64,000 nt of DNA. Source: Nitrospirota bacterium. Its GTDB lineage: Bacteria; Nitrospirota; UBA9217. The stretch is taken from positions 960,001 through 1,024,000 of the forward strand of contig CAWJQQ010000009.1 of NCBI GenBank assembly GCA_963845065.1, given 5' to 3'. The number at the start of each line of letters is the position of its first letter. Position 1 is the stretch's first letter. Below, piece after piece: positions 9,360 through 20,160 of the stretch. The notes beneath the pieces were generated by a model. That model had not been told where the DNA came from and made no database searches. It was given only the letters and a program-made list of their open reading frames with translations. A program made the translations under genes and the position numbers.

Positions 9360-10613
9360 ATGAGCAGAATAGAGCGAGCACTTGAAAAGGCATTAAATAT
9401 AAGGCGGCCCATGACGGATCCCGGGCGTTCCAGCATCGGACTCACTACTTATAGCAAGTGCGACCCGTCAGTCTTCGATGTCGGCGAGGCGGCGATAGAC
9501 CCTGCTACTGTGAACCGGCATCTTGTCAGCATAACAGACCCATACTCCACTGCAGCCGAAGAATATCGGAAACTCCGCGCAAAGGTTCTTCGGGCCACGG
9601 AGGCAAACTATCTTAACACGATCATGGTGACAAGCAGCCATTCCGGCGAGGGGAAGAGCATGACCGCGATCAATCTCGCCGTTACCATCGCCCAGGAGAT
9701 CGATCATACCGTGCTTCTTGTTGATGCCGATCTGAGAAGATCGAGCGTCCACGCCTATCTCGGCATAAAACCTGAGGCGGGACTGAGCGATTATCTGGAA
9801 TCCCACGCAGAGCTGTCTGATATCTTAATCAAGACGGGGATCGGAAAGCTTGTCCTCTTGCCTGCAGGGAATCCACCAAGGAACCCGTCGGAACTCATTT
9901 CCTCGGAACGGATGAGAGTCCTGATCAGAGAGCTCAAATTCCGGTACCGTGACCGTTACATCATCATCGACTCATCGCCGCTTCTCCTTACTGCAGACGC
10001 CCTGTCGCTCTGCGAATATACGGATGGCATCATCTTCGTCGTCCAGGCGGACCGCACGACAATGAAAGCGGCAACACAGGCCGTTGCCCTTTTAAAAGGG
10101 CATAACGTTCTCGGCACGGTATTCAATGATGTGCCAAAACACCTCGCAAAAAACCTCTACCCCTACTATTACAACTCTAAATATGGCGAGAACGTGAAAA
10201 CAGTCGACGCTGTCGTGGACAGTACGGCAGAGGGATCTGACATGGCGACCGTGAGCGCTGCGGAGGCTGCCCAGGGCGATGCAGACGTCACGGAAAATAA
10301 GTCAGTCAGCATAGAAACCGGATCTAACGTGGCGACAATAGACACAGCGGAGGCCGCCGAGGTTGGTGCAGAGGTCACGGAAAATAAGCCAGCCGTTACG
10401 GATGACGGATCTGGCGCGGCGACCAAGGACATAGCAGAGGCCACCGAGGTTGGTGCGGAGGTCACGGAAAATCAGTCAGCCAGGATAGATGACGGATCTG
10501 GCGTCGCGACCAAGGACATAGCAGAGGCCGCCGAGGTTGGTGCGAACGTCGCGGAAAATAAGTCAGCTGGAACGGATAACGGAAATAATGCCCCGACCAC
10601 AGAGAATGCGTAA
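9360..10613 (+). CDS. BY-type tyrosine autokinase (CpsD/CapB family) with acidic repeat tail
   Basis: Walker A GEGKS, VDADLR, IIIDSSP, Tyr cluster YPYYYNSKY, then four 29-aa repeats. Confidence 0.9.
   Translation: MSRIERALEKALNIRRPMTDPGRSSIGLTTYSKCDPSVFDVGEAAIDPATVNRHLVSITDPYSTAAEEYRKLRAKVLRATEANYLNTIMVTSSHSGEGKSMTAINLAVTIAQEIDHTVLLVDADLRRSSVHAYLGIKPEAGLSDYLESHAELSDILIKTGIGKLVLLPAGNPPRNPSELISSERMRVLIRELKFRYRDRYIIIDSSPLLLTADALSLCEYTDGIIFVVQADRTTMKAATQAVALLKGHNVLGTVFNDVPKHLAKNLYPYYYNSKYGENVKTVDAVVDSTAEGSDMATVSAAEAAQGDADVTENKSVSIETGSNVATIDTAEAAEVGAEVTENKPAVTDDGSGAATKDIAEATEVGAEVTENQSARIDDGSGVATKDIAEAAEVGANVAENKSAGTDNGNNAPTTENA
10233..10580 (+). repeat. 4 x 87-bp in-frame tandem repeat
   Basis: Units start with GGATCT at 10233, 10320, 10407 and 10494; consensus peptide GSxxATxDxAEAAEVGAEVTENKsxxxDd. 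Confidence 0.9.
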
Positions 10614-11874
10614 TTCCAGAATCGTCATCACCCTGCACTGTGCGCTCCTCTGCTTCCTCACGGGACTGGCTGCCCTGTTCGCGCTTTGCCCTGATGATGC
10701 GGCGGCCGCGCAGTTTGACTTCCGGCCGTCTATCATGGTAGGCGAGGAGTTCAACGATAATATCTTTCTGACACCAACCGCCAAACAATATGATTTTATA
10801 ACGAGCGTAGTTCCGGCTTTTACTCTCACTCATGATACATCGTTCTGGACTTGGCACATAGACTATGCTTACGACTATTACTACTACGCCAGAGATACAG
10901 TGACAAACGACTCGACATTCACCGCTAATGTTATGGAACATACCAATCTGATTGATAATTTATTTTTTCTTGATATGACAGACATGTATCAAAGGGTTGC
11001 AGTCAATGTTGCGCAAAATTATATAGCCCAGGAAAGCCTGTTCGTAGATCAAACTGACGAGGATATCTTCACCGTGAACCCCTATCTGAATCTGATCTCC
11101 GGACCTTCACATACGGTACAGTTGGGGTATCAGTTTGCGAACACCTGGTATAAGAATCCTATATACATCGACACGGTCAACAATGTTGGTTATCTCGTTA
11201 TGGGCACGCCTCTTTCATCTAATCTGTCGATTACGGGAGGCATACAATACACGCGGGGCCTCAACAGCGTGGAAGGTTATTTTATGTCGGACATCTACAC
11301 CGGTGCCGTCTATACCTATGCACCAGGCTCTTCCAGTTTTTGCTATCTCGGGGAAACCTGGTTGAAGTTCGCGGGCTACACGAATATACAACATCTTCTT
11401 TGGGACCTCGGTTTCATCCAGCACTACTCTACCATGACACTCAAGGTTGAGACCAAAACGAGCTATGTTCCTGATCCTACTTTTGTCCTAAGAAGATTGG
11501 ACCAGCTTGAGGTCACCCTTACGAGGGAGCCATCGTCGAGGACCTCCCTCAGTGGTGTGTTGGGCTGGTACCAGTACCTAAACGCAGCGCAGGACCACCT
11601 TGAGACGAATGAGTACGCCATAACTGGCCAGTTACGTCATGTAATCACGCCCCGATGGACATTTTCGGGTGCAATAAGTAATACGATTTATCAGGATTTT
11701 GTGGTTGATGCGGATACGTATATTTATCAAATCATGGCAGGTTTTGAACATAGTCTCAAGGCGAATCTCACTCTTGCATTGAACTACATATATGACTATT
11801 CCTATTCACCGGATATCTACACAAATAACAGCAGGGTTAACAGATTTCAGGTGCAGCTTACTGAACGTTTTTGA
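10606..11874 (+). CDS. Outer-membrane beta-barrel protein, EPS/PEP-CTERM-system-associated type
   Basis: Signal peptide; FRPSIMVGEEFNDNIFL; alternating aromatic strands; C-terminal Phe (VQLTERF). ORF track start is 10537. Confidence 0.75.
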   Translation: MRNSRIVITLHCALLCFLTGLAALFALCPDDAAAAQFDFRPSIMVGEEFNDNIFLTPTAKQYDFITSVVPAFTLTHDTSFWTWHIDYAYDYYYYARDTVTNDSTFTANVMEHTNLIDNLFFLDMTDMYQRVAVNVAQNYIAQESLFVDQTDEDIFTVNPYLNLISGPSHTVQLGYQFANTWYKNPIYIDTVNNVGYLVMGTPLSSNLSITGGIQYTRGLNSVEGYFMSDIYTGAVYTYAPGSSSFCYLGETWLKFAGYTNIQHLLWDLGFIQHYSTMTLKVETKTSYVPDPTFVLRRLDQLEVTLTREPSSRTSLSGVLGWYQYLNAAQDHLETNEYAITGQLRHVITPRWTFSGAISNTIYQDFVVDADTYIYQIMAGFEHSLKANLTLALNYIYDYSYSPDIYTNNSRVNRFQVQLTERF

Positions 11875-11953
11875 TATGAGGCGGGAGCTATCTCGTCGTG
11901 ACTAAAAGCGCGGGTATCAGTTGTTGCCCGGCACTGGCTTAAGGAAAATACTT

Positions 11954-14900
11954 ATGAAAAAACAGCCTGTCATGCTATTGCTCTTACTCTTTTCGGTGGC
12001 ATTGGTGCTTTTGACATGCGGTCGCGAGGGCCCTCTGCCTCCTGTCAATATAACACCGCCAAACATCAAATTCTCGATTCCCATCGATGGAACCGGGAAT
12101 ACCGGGATTAATGGGTTTCCGATCGATGGTTCGATCATGATAACGTTCACCGTAGATATGGACCCCTCTACCATCAACAACCAGACCATTACTGTCATTG
12201 GCGCAGGGGGGATAGGCCCAATCGCTGGATCCGTCGTGTACACTAACGGTTCCGCCATCTTCACGCCGGCGCAGAATTTTGTTCAGAATGCCAACTATAC
12301 GGTTACGATCAGCGGCAGCGTGAAAGATATCTATGAGGTCACAATGGGGAGCCCTGTCACCATTAATTTCACCACGCAAGCCCTTCCTGACGCGGCACCG
12401 CCAAGTGTCGTATCCACATCTCCTTCAGCAGGAAGTACTGGTGTGCCGGTAAGCAGCGGTATCAGCATAGCGTTCAGCAAGCCGATAAATTCAAGTACGC
12501 TGGTATTTCAGCTCGTCAGTCAACTCTCGGGGACTGTACCCGGCGGCACCTTGACTTACAACGGAACGACCGCCATCATCACGCCCCAGTTTTCGCCGCC
12601 GGCAGTCACTATGGATGGCAATACGCAGTATACGGCTACGGTGAAGGCCGGGCTACAGGACCTCGTAGGGAATCAATTGATCAGCGATTATGTCTGGACG
12701 TTCAGCACAGGCACAGGAGCGGATACGTTACCTCCGATCGTGACGGCGGCGACACCTACGGCGGGGTCGACGGATGTATCTGTAACTACCTACCTCAATG
12801 TTACATTCAATAAACCCGTGAATCCGGCAACAGCATATATCACGCTCTTCAGCATGGCTAGCGTGACGCCCGTCATTGTTCCATTTTATATTGAAGACAA
12901 TTACGACTATACCACGAATATACTCTCCTACAAGCCGACGGTTCCAAACTCTCTGTCATACAACACGCCTTATACGGCTCGGGTCGACGGAGTTATAGAC
13001 CTGTCAGGTAATGTGATGCCGGAATATACCTGGTCTTTTACGACCGGGAAAGATGGTTCGTCTACAACCATCTCTGCAGACAACAACCCATCGCAATATG
13101 GGAGTATGGTCACGTTTGTGTCCACGGTTACCAGCTCTGATTCGGGTACGACAGCCACGCCGACGGGTACGGTAACGTTCAAGGACGGCACAACGGCCCT
13201 TCCGGCCGGCACGGTGGCGCTTGCCGGCAACTCGGCAACGTACGCCATATCTAATTTGGCTCTCGGAGTGCATATTATATCGGCCACCTACAATGGTGAC
13301 TCTATTTTCTCGACATCAACTTCGACATATACGCAGACCGTGGGTCAGGGAACTACGACGACGACGATCAACGCACCTGGTGTGACCTTCGGCTCAAACG
13401 GTGTCGTGACGGTGCTAGTCAGCTGTGTATCAGGGACGCCTATTGGAAACGTGGCATTGAGTGTAGATGGCGGCGCGGCAACAACCCAGGCGCTCTCCAA
13501 CGGGTCGGCAGTCTTTACGATAACCAAGCCGAGCGTGGGCAGCCATACGCTTTCCGCAACGTATGCGGCCCAGGGCAACTTCCAGGGGAGCGCAAATACC
13601 GGCACTCTTACCGTGGGCCAGGGGGCGACGACGACGACGATCAGCGCGCCAACTGTAACCTATGGAGCAAACGGTGTCGTGACTGTGACCGTCATCTCGA
13701 CGTCGGGGACGCCTACCGGAAGCGTATCGTTGACCTGGGACACTACTGGGTCGTCAACGTTGGCACTAAACTCAAGCGGGTCCGCAACCTTTACGATTAC
13801 CACTCCGAATGCCGGCAGCCATGCGCTTAGCGCATCTTATGCAGCGCAGGGCAGCTTCCTGGCTAGTACGGCATCAGGCAACCTGACAGTAAATCAGGCG
13901 CCGACGACGATGGTGCTCAGCGCACCATCAATAACAGCTGGTGCAAATGGCATTGTAACCGTCACGGTGAGTGCGGGGAATAACTTCACGTCTCCCGTTG
14001 TCGGCAATGTATCGCTGGTCGTGGATGGCGGAGCCGCCATCCTGGGAGCCCTCAGTCCCGGAGGCACTTTAGGAAGCGCTATCGCAACATTTACGATTAC
14101 TGCGCCAACCGCTGTCAGTCACATCTTGAGCGCAACGTATCCCAATGACCCGACAAGCAATTTCGGATCGAGTTCGGCTTCTGGCACTCTTGGCGTAGGT
14201 GCCGGGGCAACAACAATTACGATCAGCGCTCCTACTATAACCTACGGCGCACCCGGCGTAGTGACTGTGCAGCTCAGCTCGCTGTCGTCGGGGATACCCA
14301 CCGGAAGCGTGTCATTAAGTTATACATTTAGTGGTGCGACTACGACGCTGACTCAAACGTTATTGAACGGATCCACGGCGTTTACGATTCCAAGCCCTGT
14401 CGTAGGCGTCTACAGCCTGGTTGTCACATACCCAACGCAAGGCAACTTCGTGGGTAGTTCGAAGTCTGGTAATCTGACAGTAACGCAGGCTACGACAACG
14501 ACAGGTGTCTCGTCATCATCCAACCCATCAGCATTCGGCAATTCAGTCACGTTCACAGCTACGGTGACCCCGGCTACGGCCACCGGGACAATGACGTTCA
14601 GGGATGGAGCTACGGTCCTCGGTACAGGCACCATATCCAGCGGTGTTGCAACATATAGTACAACAACGCTTGCTGTTGCTACCCATTCCATAACGGCTGT
14701 TTATAGCGGTAATACAAATTTCATTACCTCTACGTCATCAGCTCTTTCACAGACTGTGAACAAGGCGACCACAACTACCACACTTACGTCGTCTACCGGG
14801 GGGCAGTCCATAACTCCCGGCACATTGGTTACATTCACAGCAACGGTCAACCCGGCAGCTGCAACGGGAACGGTAAGTTTCTATGATAATGGTACTCTTA

Positions 14901-17002
14901 TCACTTCAGGAACAGTGACGGTTACCGCGGGCATTGCAAGTTTCGGTACGACCACTCTTGGCGCAGGGACGAATAACATAACGGCAATCTATAGTGGCGA
15001 TACGAATTATTTGACATCTACATCAAATGCCGTGTTGCAGCCCGTGACAAATGCTTCTGTCACGATAAGCGTTACATCATCTTCGCCTACTTCGACATAC
15101 GGCAATTCCGTCACTTTCACGGCAACAGTCGCTGGCAACGGTGCCATACCGACTGGGACAGTCACGTTCAAGGACGGATCTACAAGCCTTGGCAACGGAA
15201 CTCTGTCCGCCGGTTCTCCCGACGTCGCGACATTCGCTACTTCGTCGCTTAGCACAGGAGCCCATTCCATCACGGCGGTGTATAACGGCGATGCGACCTA
15301 CTCTTCGGGACAAACATCATCCGCAATTTCTCAGTCCGTAATAGGCACTACGACAGCGAGCGTCGTTTCATCGTTACCCACGTCGACATACGGGAACTCA
15401 GTAACCTTCACGGCGACGGTAACAGGTACAGGAGGCACACCTGCCGGTACGGTATCGTTCATGGATGGATCCACGCTTCTCGGTACAGGTACGCTGAATG
15501 GCGGCTCACCTGATACAGCCGTATATACCACGACGACAACAGCGCTAAACGCAGGAGTCGGCCAATCCATCACAGCAGTCTATAACGGAAGCACATATTT
15601 CACGACATCAACGTCTCCAGCTATTACTCAGACTGTGAACCAGGCCCCGACAACGATGAGTATAAACGCGCCTTCAGTAGCGTCAGGCGCGCCAGGAAGT
15701 GTTACTGTCACCGTAAGTTCCGGGATACTTCTCCCAACCGGCAACGTGGACCTGAGTGTGGATGGTGGAACACCATCTATCGGGGGATTGACCTCCGGAG
15801 TCGCAACATTCAATGTCGGCATTCTGTCTGTCGGGTCCCATAGCTTAAGTGCAACGTACGCAGCCCAAGGCGATTTTCTTGCAAGTTCGGCTACTGGAAC
15901 ATTGACTGTCGGCCTTGCGTCGTCGACGACTTCGGTCCAATCATCTCTTAACCCGTCAGCATACGGAAATTCAGTTACATTTACTGCAACGGTCACCCCG
16001 TCAACGGCTACCGGAACAGTGATGTTCAAAGATGGTTCTACGACCCTTGGCTCAGGAACAGTGTCCGGCGGTGTAGCGTCATTCAGCACATCGACCCTGG
16101 CTGCTGCTACCCATACAATAACGGCGGTCTACAGTGGGGATACGAATTATGGGACATCAACCTCATCGAATCTCCAACAAGTTGTGACTAAAGCATCGTC
16201 AGCGACGAGTCTCGGATCATCCCCTAATCCATCGACGTATGGCCAATCTGTGGCCTTCACGGCAACAGTCACCCCGTCAACGGCTACCGGAACAGTGACG
16301 TTCAAAGATGGTTCTACGGCCCTTGGCTCAGGAACAGTGTCCGGCGGTATAGCGTCATTCAGCACATCGACTCTGGCTGCCCCTTCCCAAGCAATAACAG
16401 CGGACTATAGCGGGGATACGAATTTTCTCACATCGACGTCAGACGCCCTTTTGCAGACGGTGAATTTAGCAAGCCAGACTATCACATTTAATCCCTTGTC
16501 GAGCATGACTTATGGAAATGCGGCATTCACTCTCACTGCCACGGCGACGAGCAGTCTCCCCGTGTCATACAGTAGCTCCAGTACGGGCGTTGCGACAATA
16601 AACGGCAGCACCGTAACGATCATGGGCGCCGGAACCACGACGATAACGGCATCTCAGTCGGGCAACAGCAACTATTTGGCTGCAGCCAACGTTGCGCAGA
16701 CCCTCACCGTTAATCAGGCTTCGACTACAACAACCGTAACAGGGCCTCTGACCGGCTCTACCAATGGTACATTGACCTTCACTGCGAACGTTACGTATGC
16801 CGGAAGCGGTGCAGCAGCAACTGGTACTGTGTCGTTTATCGATAGCACATTAGGACCCCTTTGCTCGGGCAGTTTGTCCGGCGGCACTGCATCATGCAGC
16901 TACACAATTGGTGCGGGAAATTATTCGATAACGGCGACTTACGGTGGTGATACGAACTATGCGGGTTCAATTTCGCCCGCTTATCCGTTGACATTAAATT
17001 AG
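11954..17002 (+). CDS. Giant Ser/Thr-rich Ig-like repeat lipoprotein (Big_5-like then Big_3-like domains)
   Basis: ATG 11954 with AAGGA RBS; lipobox LLTC. Three domains end in TINFTT/WTFST/WSFTT, followed by many TVTFTATV...GTVTFKDG...HxITAxYxGD repeats. Confidence 0.85.
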   Translation: MKKQPVMLLLLLFSVALVLLTCGREGPLPPVNITPPNIKFSIPIDGTGNTGINGFPIDGSIMITFTVDMDPSTINNQTITVIGAGGIGPIAGSVVYTNGSAIFTPAQNFVQNANYTVTISGSVKDIYEVTMGSPVTINFTTQALPDAAPPSVVSTSPSAGSTGVPVSSGISIAFSKPINSSTLVFQLVSQLSGTVPGGTLTYNGTTAIITPQFSPPAVTMDGNTQYTATVKAGLQDLVGNQLISDYVWTFSTGTGADTLPPIVTAATPTAGSTDVSVTTYLNVTFNKPVNPATAYITLFSMASVTPVIVPFYIEDNYDYTTNILSYKPTVPNSLSYNTPYTARVDGVIDLSGNVMPEYTWSFTTGKDGSSTTISADNNPSQYGSMVTFVSTVTSSDSGTTATPTGTVTFKDGTTALPAGTVALAGNSATYAISNLALGVHIISATYNGDSIFSTSTSTYTQTVGQGTTTTTINAPGVTFGSNGVVTVLVSCVSGTPIGNVALSVDGGAATTQALSNGSAVFTITKPSVGSHTLSATYAAQGNFQGSANTGTLTVGQGATTTTISAPTVTYGANGVVTVTVISTSGTPTGSVSLTWDTTGSSTLALNSSGSATFTITTPNAGSHALSASYAAQGSFLASTASGNLTVNQAPTTMVLSAPSITAGANGIVTVTVSAGNNFTSPVVGNVSLVVDGGAAILGALSPGGTLGSAIATFTITAPTAVSHILSATYPNDPTSNFGSSSASGTLGVGAGATTITISAPTITYGAPGVVTVQLSSLSSGIPTGSVSLSYTFSGATTTLTQTLLNGSTAFTIPSPVVGVYSLVVTYPTQGNFVGSSKSGNLTVTQATTTTGVSSSSNPSAFGNSVTFTATVTPATATGTMTFRDGATVLGTGTISSGVATYSTTTLAVATHSITAVYSGNTNFITSTSSALSQTVNKATTTTTLTSSTGGQSITPGTLVTFTATVNPAAATGTVSFYDNGTLITSGTVTVTAGIASFGTTTLGAGTNNITAIYSGDTNYLTSTSNAVLQPVTNASVTISVTSSSPTSTYGNSVTFTATVAGNGAIPTGTVTFKDGSTSLGNGTLSAGSPDVATFATSSLSTGAHSITAVYNGDATYSSGQTSSAISQSVIGTTTASVVSSLPTSTYGNSVTFTATVTGTGGTPAGTVSFMDGSTLLGTGTLNGGSPDTAVYTTTTTALNAGVGQSITAVYNGSTYFTTSTSPAITQTVNQAPTTMSINAPSVASGAPGSVTVTVSSGILLPTGNVDLSVDGGTPSIGGLTSGVATFNVGILSVGSHSLSATYAAQGDFLASSATGTLTVGLASSTTSVQSSLNPSAYGNSVTFTATVTPSTATGTVMFKDGSTTLGSGTVSGGVASFSTSTLAAATHTITAVYSGDTNYGTSTSSNLQQVVTKASSATSLGSSPNPSTYGQSVAFTATVTPSTATGTVTFKDGSTALGSGTVSGGIASFSTSTLAAPSQAITADYSGDTNFLTSTSDALLQTVNLASQTITFNPLSSMTYGNAAFTLTATATSSLPVSYSSSSTGVATINGSTVTIMGAGTTTITASQSGNSNYLAAANVAQTLTVNQASTTTTVTGPLTGSTNGTLTFTANVTYAGSGAAATGTVSFIDSTLGPLCSGSLSGGTASCSYTIGAGNYSITATYGGDTNYAGSISPAYPLTLN

Positions 17003-17200
17003 GTCGCATATATCTCATATAAAGTCTCGTCTTATTCCATCATGCAGTTCTGCAGTCGTCCTGTAGCATTTCGCTGTTCGGACAACTCCCCGATGGATAA
17101 GACGTTGACGTTCAACTAAAACGTAAGTGCCAGACAAGAAGAGGCGATTCAAATATTACCGATGTTCTTGTCATCACGAAAGGAAATATAGGGAGGAAAT

Positions 17201-18166
17201 ATGGAATCTATACTTGTGACAGGCGGAGCAGGCTTTATCGGAAGCAATATAGCTGAGGCTTTGCTCGCCAAAGGACACCGGGTCGTGATCCTCGATGACC
17301 TCAGCACGGGAAAGATGGAAAACGTTCTCGACATCAAGCAAGAGGATAATCTCAAATTTGTCAAGGGAAGTATCCTGGACAGAGGTCTACTGCGATCGAT
17401 CATAAAGACAGAAAACATATCGCTCATTTCACATCAGGCGGCGGTTTCGAGCGTTACTAAAAGCATCGCAGATCCCGTCGCGACCATGGAAACGAATGTA
17501 GCCGGGACAACGAACCTTTTTCATATCGCGGCTGAATGCGGTTGCAGGCGCATCGTATTTGCAAGCTCATCGGCAGTCTATGGTGACGCACCCGAGCTTC
17601 CAAAACGGGAGACGATGACGCCGTGTCCGAAATCTCCCTATGCGATGTCTAAGGTCGCGAAGGAGATGCTTGGGAGCATTTTCTCAGATCTGTACGGAAT
17701 CTCTATTATCGGTCTGCGGTACTTCAACGTTTATGGAAGACGGCAGGACCCTGCTTCCGATTACGCGGCCGTTATCCCGAAGTTCATATCCAAGGCCCTT
17801 GACGATGAGACGATACCGATCGATGGAGATGGCGGCCAGACGCGCGATTTTATCTATATCGACGACGTGGTAAACGCGAACCTGGCAGCTCTCACTGAAA
17901 ACGGCGTTCGCGGCACGGTATTTAACGTCGGCAACGGCAAACAGACAAGCATTCTCGAGCTGGCCAGGACGATAGTTGAACTCACGGGATCTAAATCCGA
18001 GATCGATTTCAAGCCGAAGAGGGCTGGTGATATCAGAGATTCAGTGAGCGATATTGAGTTCGCACAAAAGAACTTGGGTTACAGAAAAACATTCACTATA
18101 AGGAAAGGGCTTGCGGAAACGATCTCCTGGTACCGCCAGCGCGTCTGTAAAGAATGTGTGGCTTAG
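17201..18166 (+). CDS. NAD-dependent nucleotide-sugar 4-epimerase (SDR, WbpP/GalE-like)
   Basis: TGGAGFIGS, SSSAVYG, YAMSK (YxxxK), LRYFNVYG. Confidence 0.92.
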   Translation: MESILVTGGAGFIGSNIAEALLAKGHRVVILDDLSTGKMENVLDIKQEDNLKFVKGSILDRGLLRSIIKTENISLISHQAAVSSVTKSIADPVATMETNVAGTTNLFHIAAECGCRRIVFASSSAVYGDAPELPKRETMTPCPKSPYAMSKVAKEMLGSIFSDLYGISIIGLRYFNVYGRRQDPASDYAAVIPKFISKALDDETIPIDGDGGQTRDFIYIDDVVNANLAALTENGVRGTVFNVGNGKQTSILELARTIVELTGSKSEIDFKPKRAGDIRDSVSDIEFAQKNLGYRKTFTIRKGLAETISWYRQRVCKECVA

Positions 18167-20160
18167 CGGGCATATTTAATCTTGAGCGCGAGGGTGAAAT
18201 ACCCTTTGACGCCCTCAAAAGGATGATTGCGATGGTGCGGCACCGCGGCCCCGACGGCTTCGGGTTCTATCGCGACAGACGGATAGGGCTCGCGCACGCA
18301 CGGCTGAGCATCATCGACCTGGAGGGAGGTTGGCAACCGGTCCACAATGAGGACAAGAGCGTCTGGATCGTGTTCAATGGCGAAATCTTCAATTATCTTG
18401 AGCTGCGCCAGGCGCTCGAACAAAAGGGACACCGCTTCTACACGATGTCCGATACAGAGGTCATCGTTCATCTCTACGAAGACCAGGGGCCAGAGTGTCT
18501 GGCATCGTTGAATGGACAGTTCTCCTTTGCCATCTGGGATACGAGGCGGAAGGTGCTCTTTATCGCCCGAGACCGGCTCGGGATACGACCGTTATTCTAT
18601 ACCGTCGTCGACGGATCGCTCCTCTTCGCCTCGGAAGTAAAGTCCCTGTTCGCGGACAGCAGGGTGCCGCGGGCGCTTGACCCATATGCCCTTGACCAGA
18701 CTTTCACCTTCTGGATGACCGTCCCACCGAGGACAGCGTTCCAAAACATAAAGGAACTTCCGGCCGGACACTATCTGAAGATCGAAAGCGGTAAGATCAT
18801 AACTACAAGGTACTGGGATGTGGATTTCGACTTTGATGGAGAGGACAAAACGGAGGAAGTGTATGCCGAGGAACTCCGGGACCTCCTGATCGATTCGACC
18901 CGGTTTCAACTCCGTGCAGATGTCCCTGTGGGGGCGTATCTAAGCGGCGGGATCGATTCTTCCGTGATCACTATGCTGATCAAAAAATTTACTGATACGC
19001 CACTGCGTACATTTTCGGTCACTTTCGACGATGGTGTCTTCGATGAAAGCGAACACCAGAATAAGATGATTGATTACCTGGGCGCGGACCACAGCGCCGT
19101 CCGATGTACCAGTGCCGACATCGGCAGTATTTTCCCCGACGTCATCTGGCATACCGAGACAACAGTCCTCCGGACCGCGGCAGCGCCGATGTATCTCCTC
19201 GCGAAACTAGTCCGAGACAGCGGGTACAAGGTCGTTCTGACCGGCGAAGGTTCGGACGAGATCCTGGCAGGATATGATATATTCAAAGAGGTCAAGGTGC
19301 GGCGGTTCATCGAACGGAACCCCGGATCAAAGTTCAGGTCCCTTATCCTGAAGCGGCTCTATCCCTATCTCGCGAACTCTCCGGTAAAATCGCTGCCCTA
19401 TGCGGAGTCGTTTTTCAAGGCGGATACGAGCGCTTATCCCGTGGAGTTCTATTCGCATATCCCGCGGTGGAACACGACTTCGATGGTCAAGATGTTTTTC
19501 TCCTCAGAGCTGAAGAATACCTTGCAGATGTACGGGTGCGTCGATGACCTGTCGGAATACATTTCCGACGGCATTTTTCGCGCTGACGATATTTCGCGGG
19601 CGCAGTATATTGAGATCAAGACCCTGCTTCCGGGTTATCTCCTGTCGTCCCAGGGGGACCGGGTCGCAATGGCACACTCGATCGAAGGCAGGTACCCCTT
19701 CCTGGATCATCGGGTCGTGGAATTTTGCGCTAAGCTACCTCCCACGATCAAGATGCGCGCACTCACAGAAAAATACATACTAAAAAAGAGCATGCAGGGA
19801 CTGCTTCCTGCTTCCATTCTCAATAGGACAAAGCAGCCCTACATGGCGCCTGACGCGAAGAGCTTCTTCACCGATGGCAGACCCCAGCCTTATATCGATG
19901 AACTTCTTTCGGAAGCGAATCTCAAGGCAAGCGGCTTATTCAATCCAAAGGCTGTCCAGCTTCTAGCCAAAAAATGTAGACAGAGCCCGATGCTCGGGTT
20001 CAGGGACAATATGGCAATTGTGGGGATCGTGTCTACGCTGTTATTGCAGGAACTTTTTATCAAAAAATTTGACGCGAAAAGCGCAGAGCTCAGCGCACTG
20101 GAAATGACATCGAAGGTCATGAGCGATGGGACCACGATGTGTATCACAAATATACAATAG
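18154..20160 (+). CDS. asnB: Asparagine synthetase-like glutamine amidotransferase 1
   Basis: MCG start, HRGPD, RLSIID, FNGEIFN, LSGGIDSS, TGEGSDE. Confidence 0.9.
   Translation: MCGLAGIFNLEREGEIPFDALKRMIAMVRHRGPDGFGFYRDRRIGLAHARLSIIDLEGGWQPVHNEDKSVWIVFNGEIFNYLELRQALEQKGHRFYTMSDTEVIVHLYEDQGPECLASLNGQFSFAIWDTRRKVLFIARDRLGIRPLFYTVVDGSLLFASEVKSLFADSRVPRALDPYALDQTFTFWMTVPPRTAFQNIKELPAGHYLKIESGKIITTRYWDVDFDFDGEDKTEEVYAEELRDLLIDSTRFQLRADVPVGAYLSGGIDSSVITMLIKKFTDTPLRTFSVTFDDGVFDESEHQNKMIDYLGADHSAVRCTSADIGSIFPDVIWHTETTVLRTAAAPMYLLAKLVRDSGYKVVLTGEGSDEILAGYDIFKEVKVRRFIERNPGSKFRSLILKRLYPYLANSPVKSLPYAESFFKADTSAYPVEFYSHIPRWNTTSMVKMFFSSELKNTLQMYGCVDDLSEYISDGIFRADDISRAQYIEIKTLLPGYLLSSQGDRVAMAHSIEGRYPFLDHRVVEFCAKLPPTIKMRALTEKYILKKSMQGLLPASILNRTKQPYMAPDAKSFFTDGRPQPYIDELLSEANLKASGLFNPKAVQLLAKKCRQSPMLGFRDNMAIVGIVSTLLLQELFIKKFDAKSAELSALEMTSKVMSDGTTMCITNIQ

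Noticed and set aside
10233..10580. CRISPR or non-coding repeat array
   Set aside because: Degenerate in-frame coding repeats with no repeat-spacer structure.
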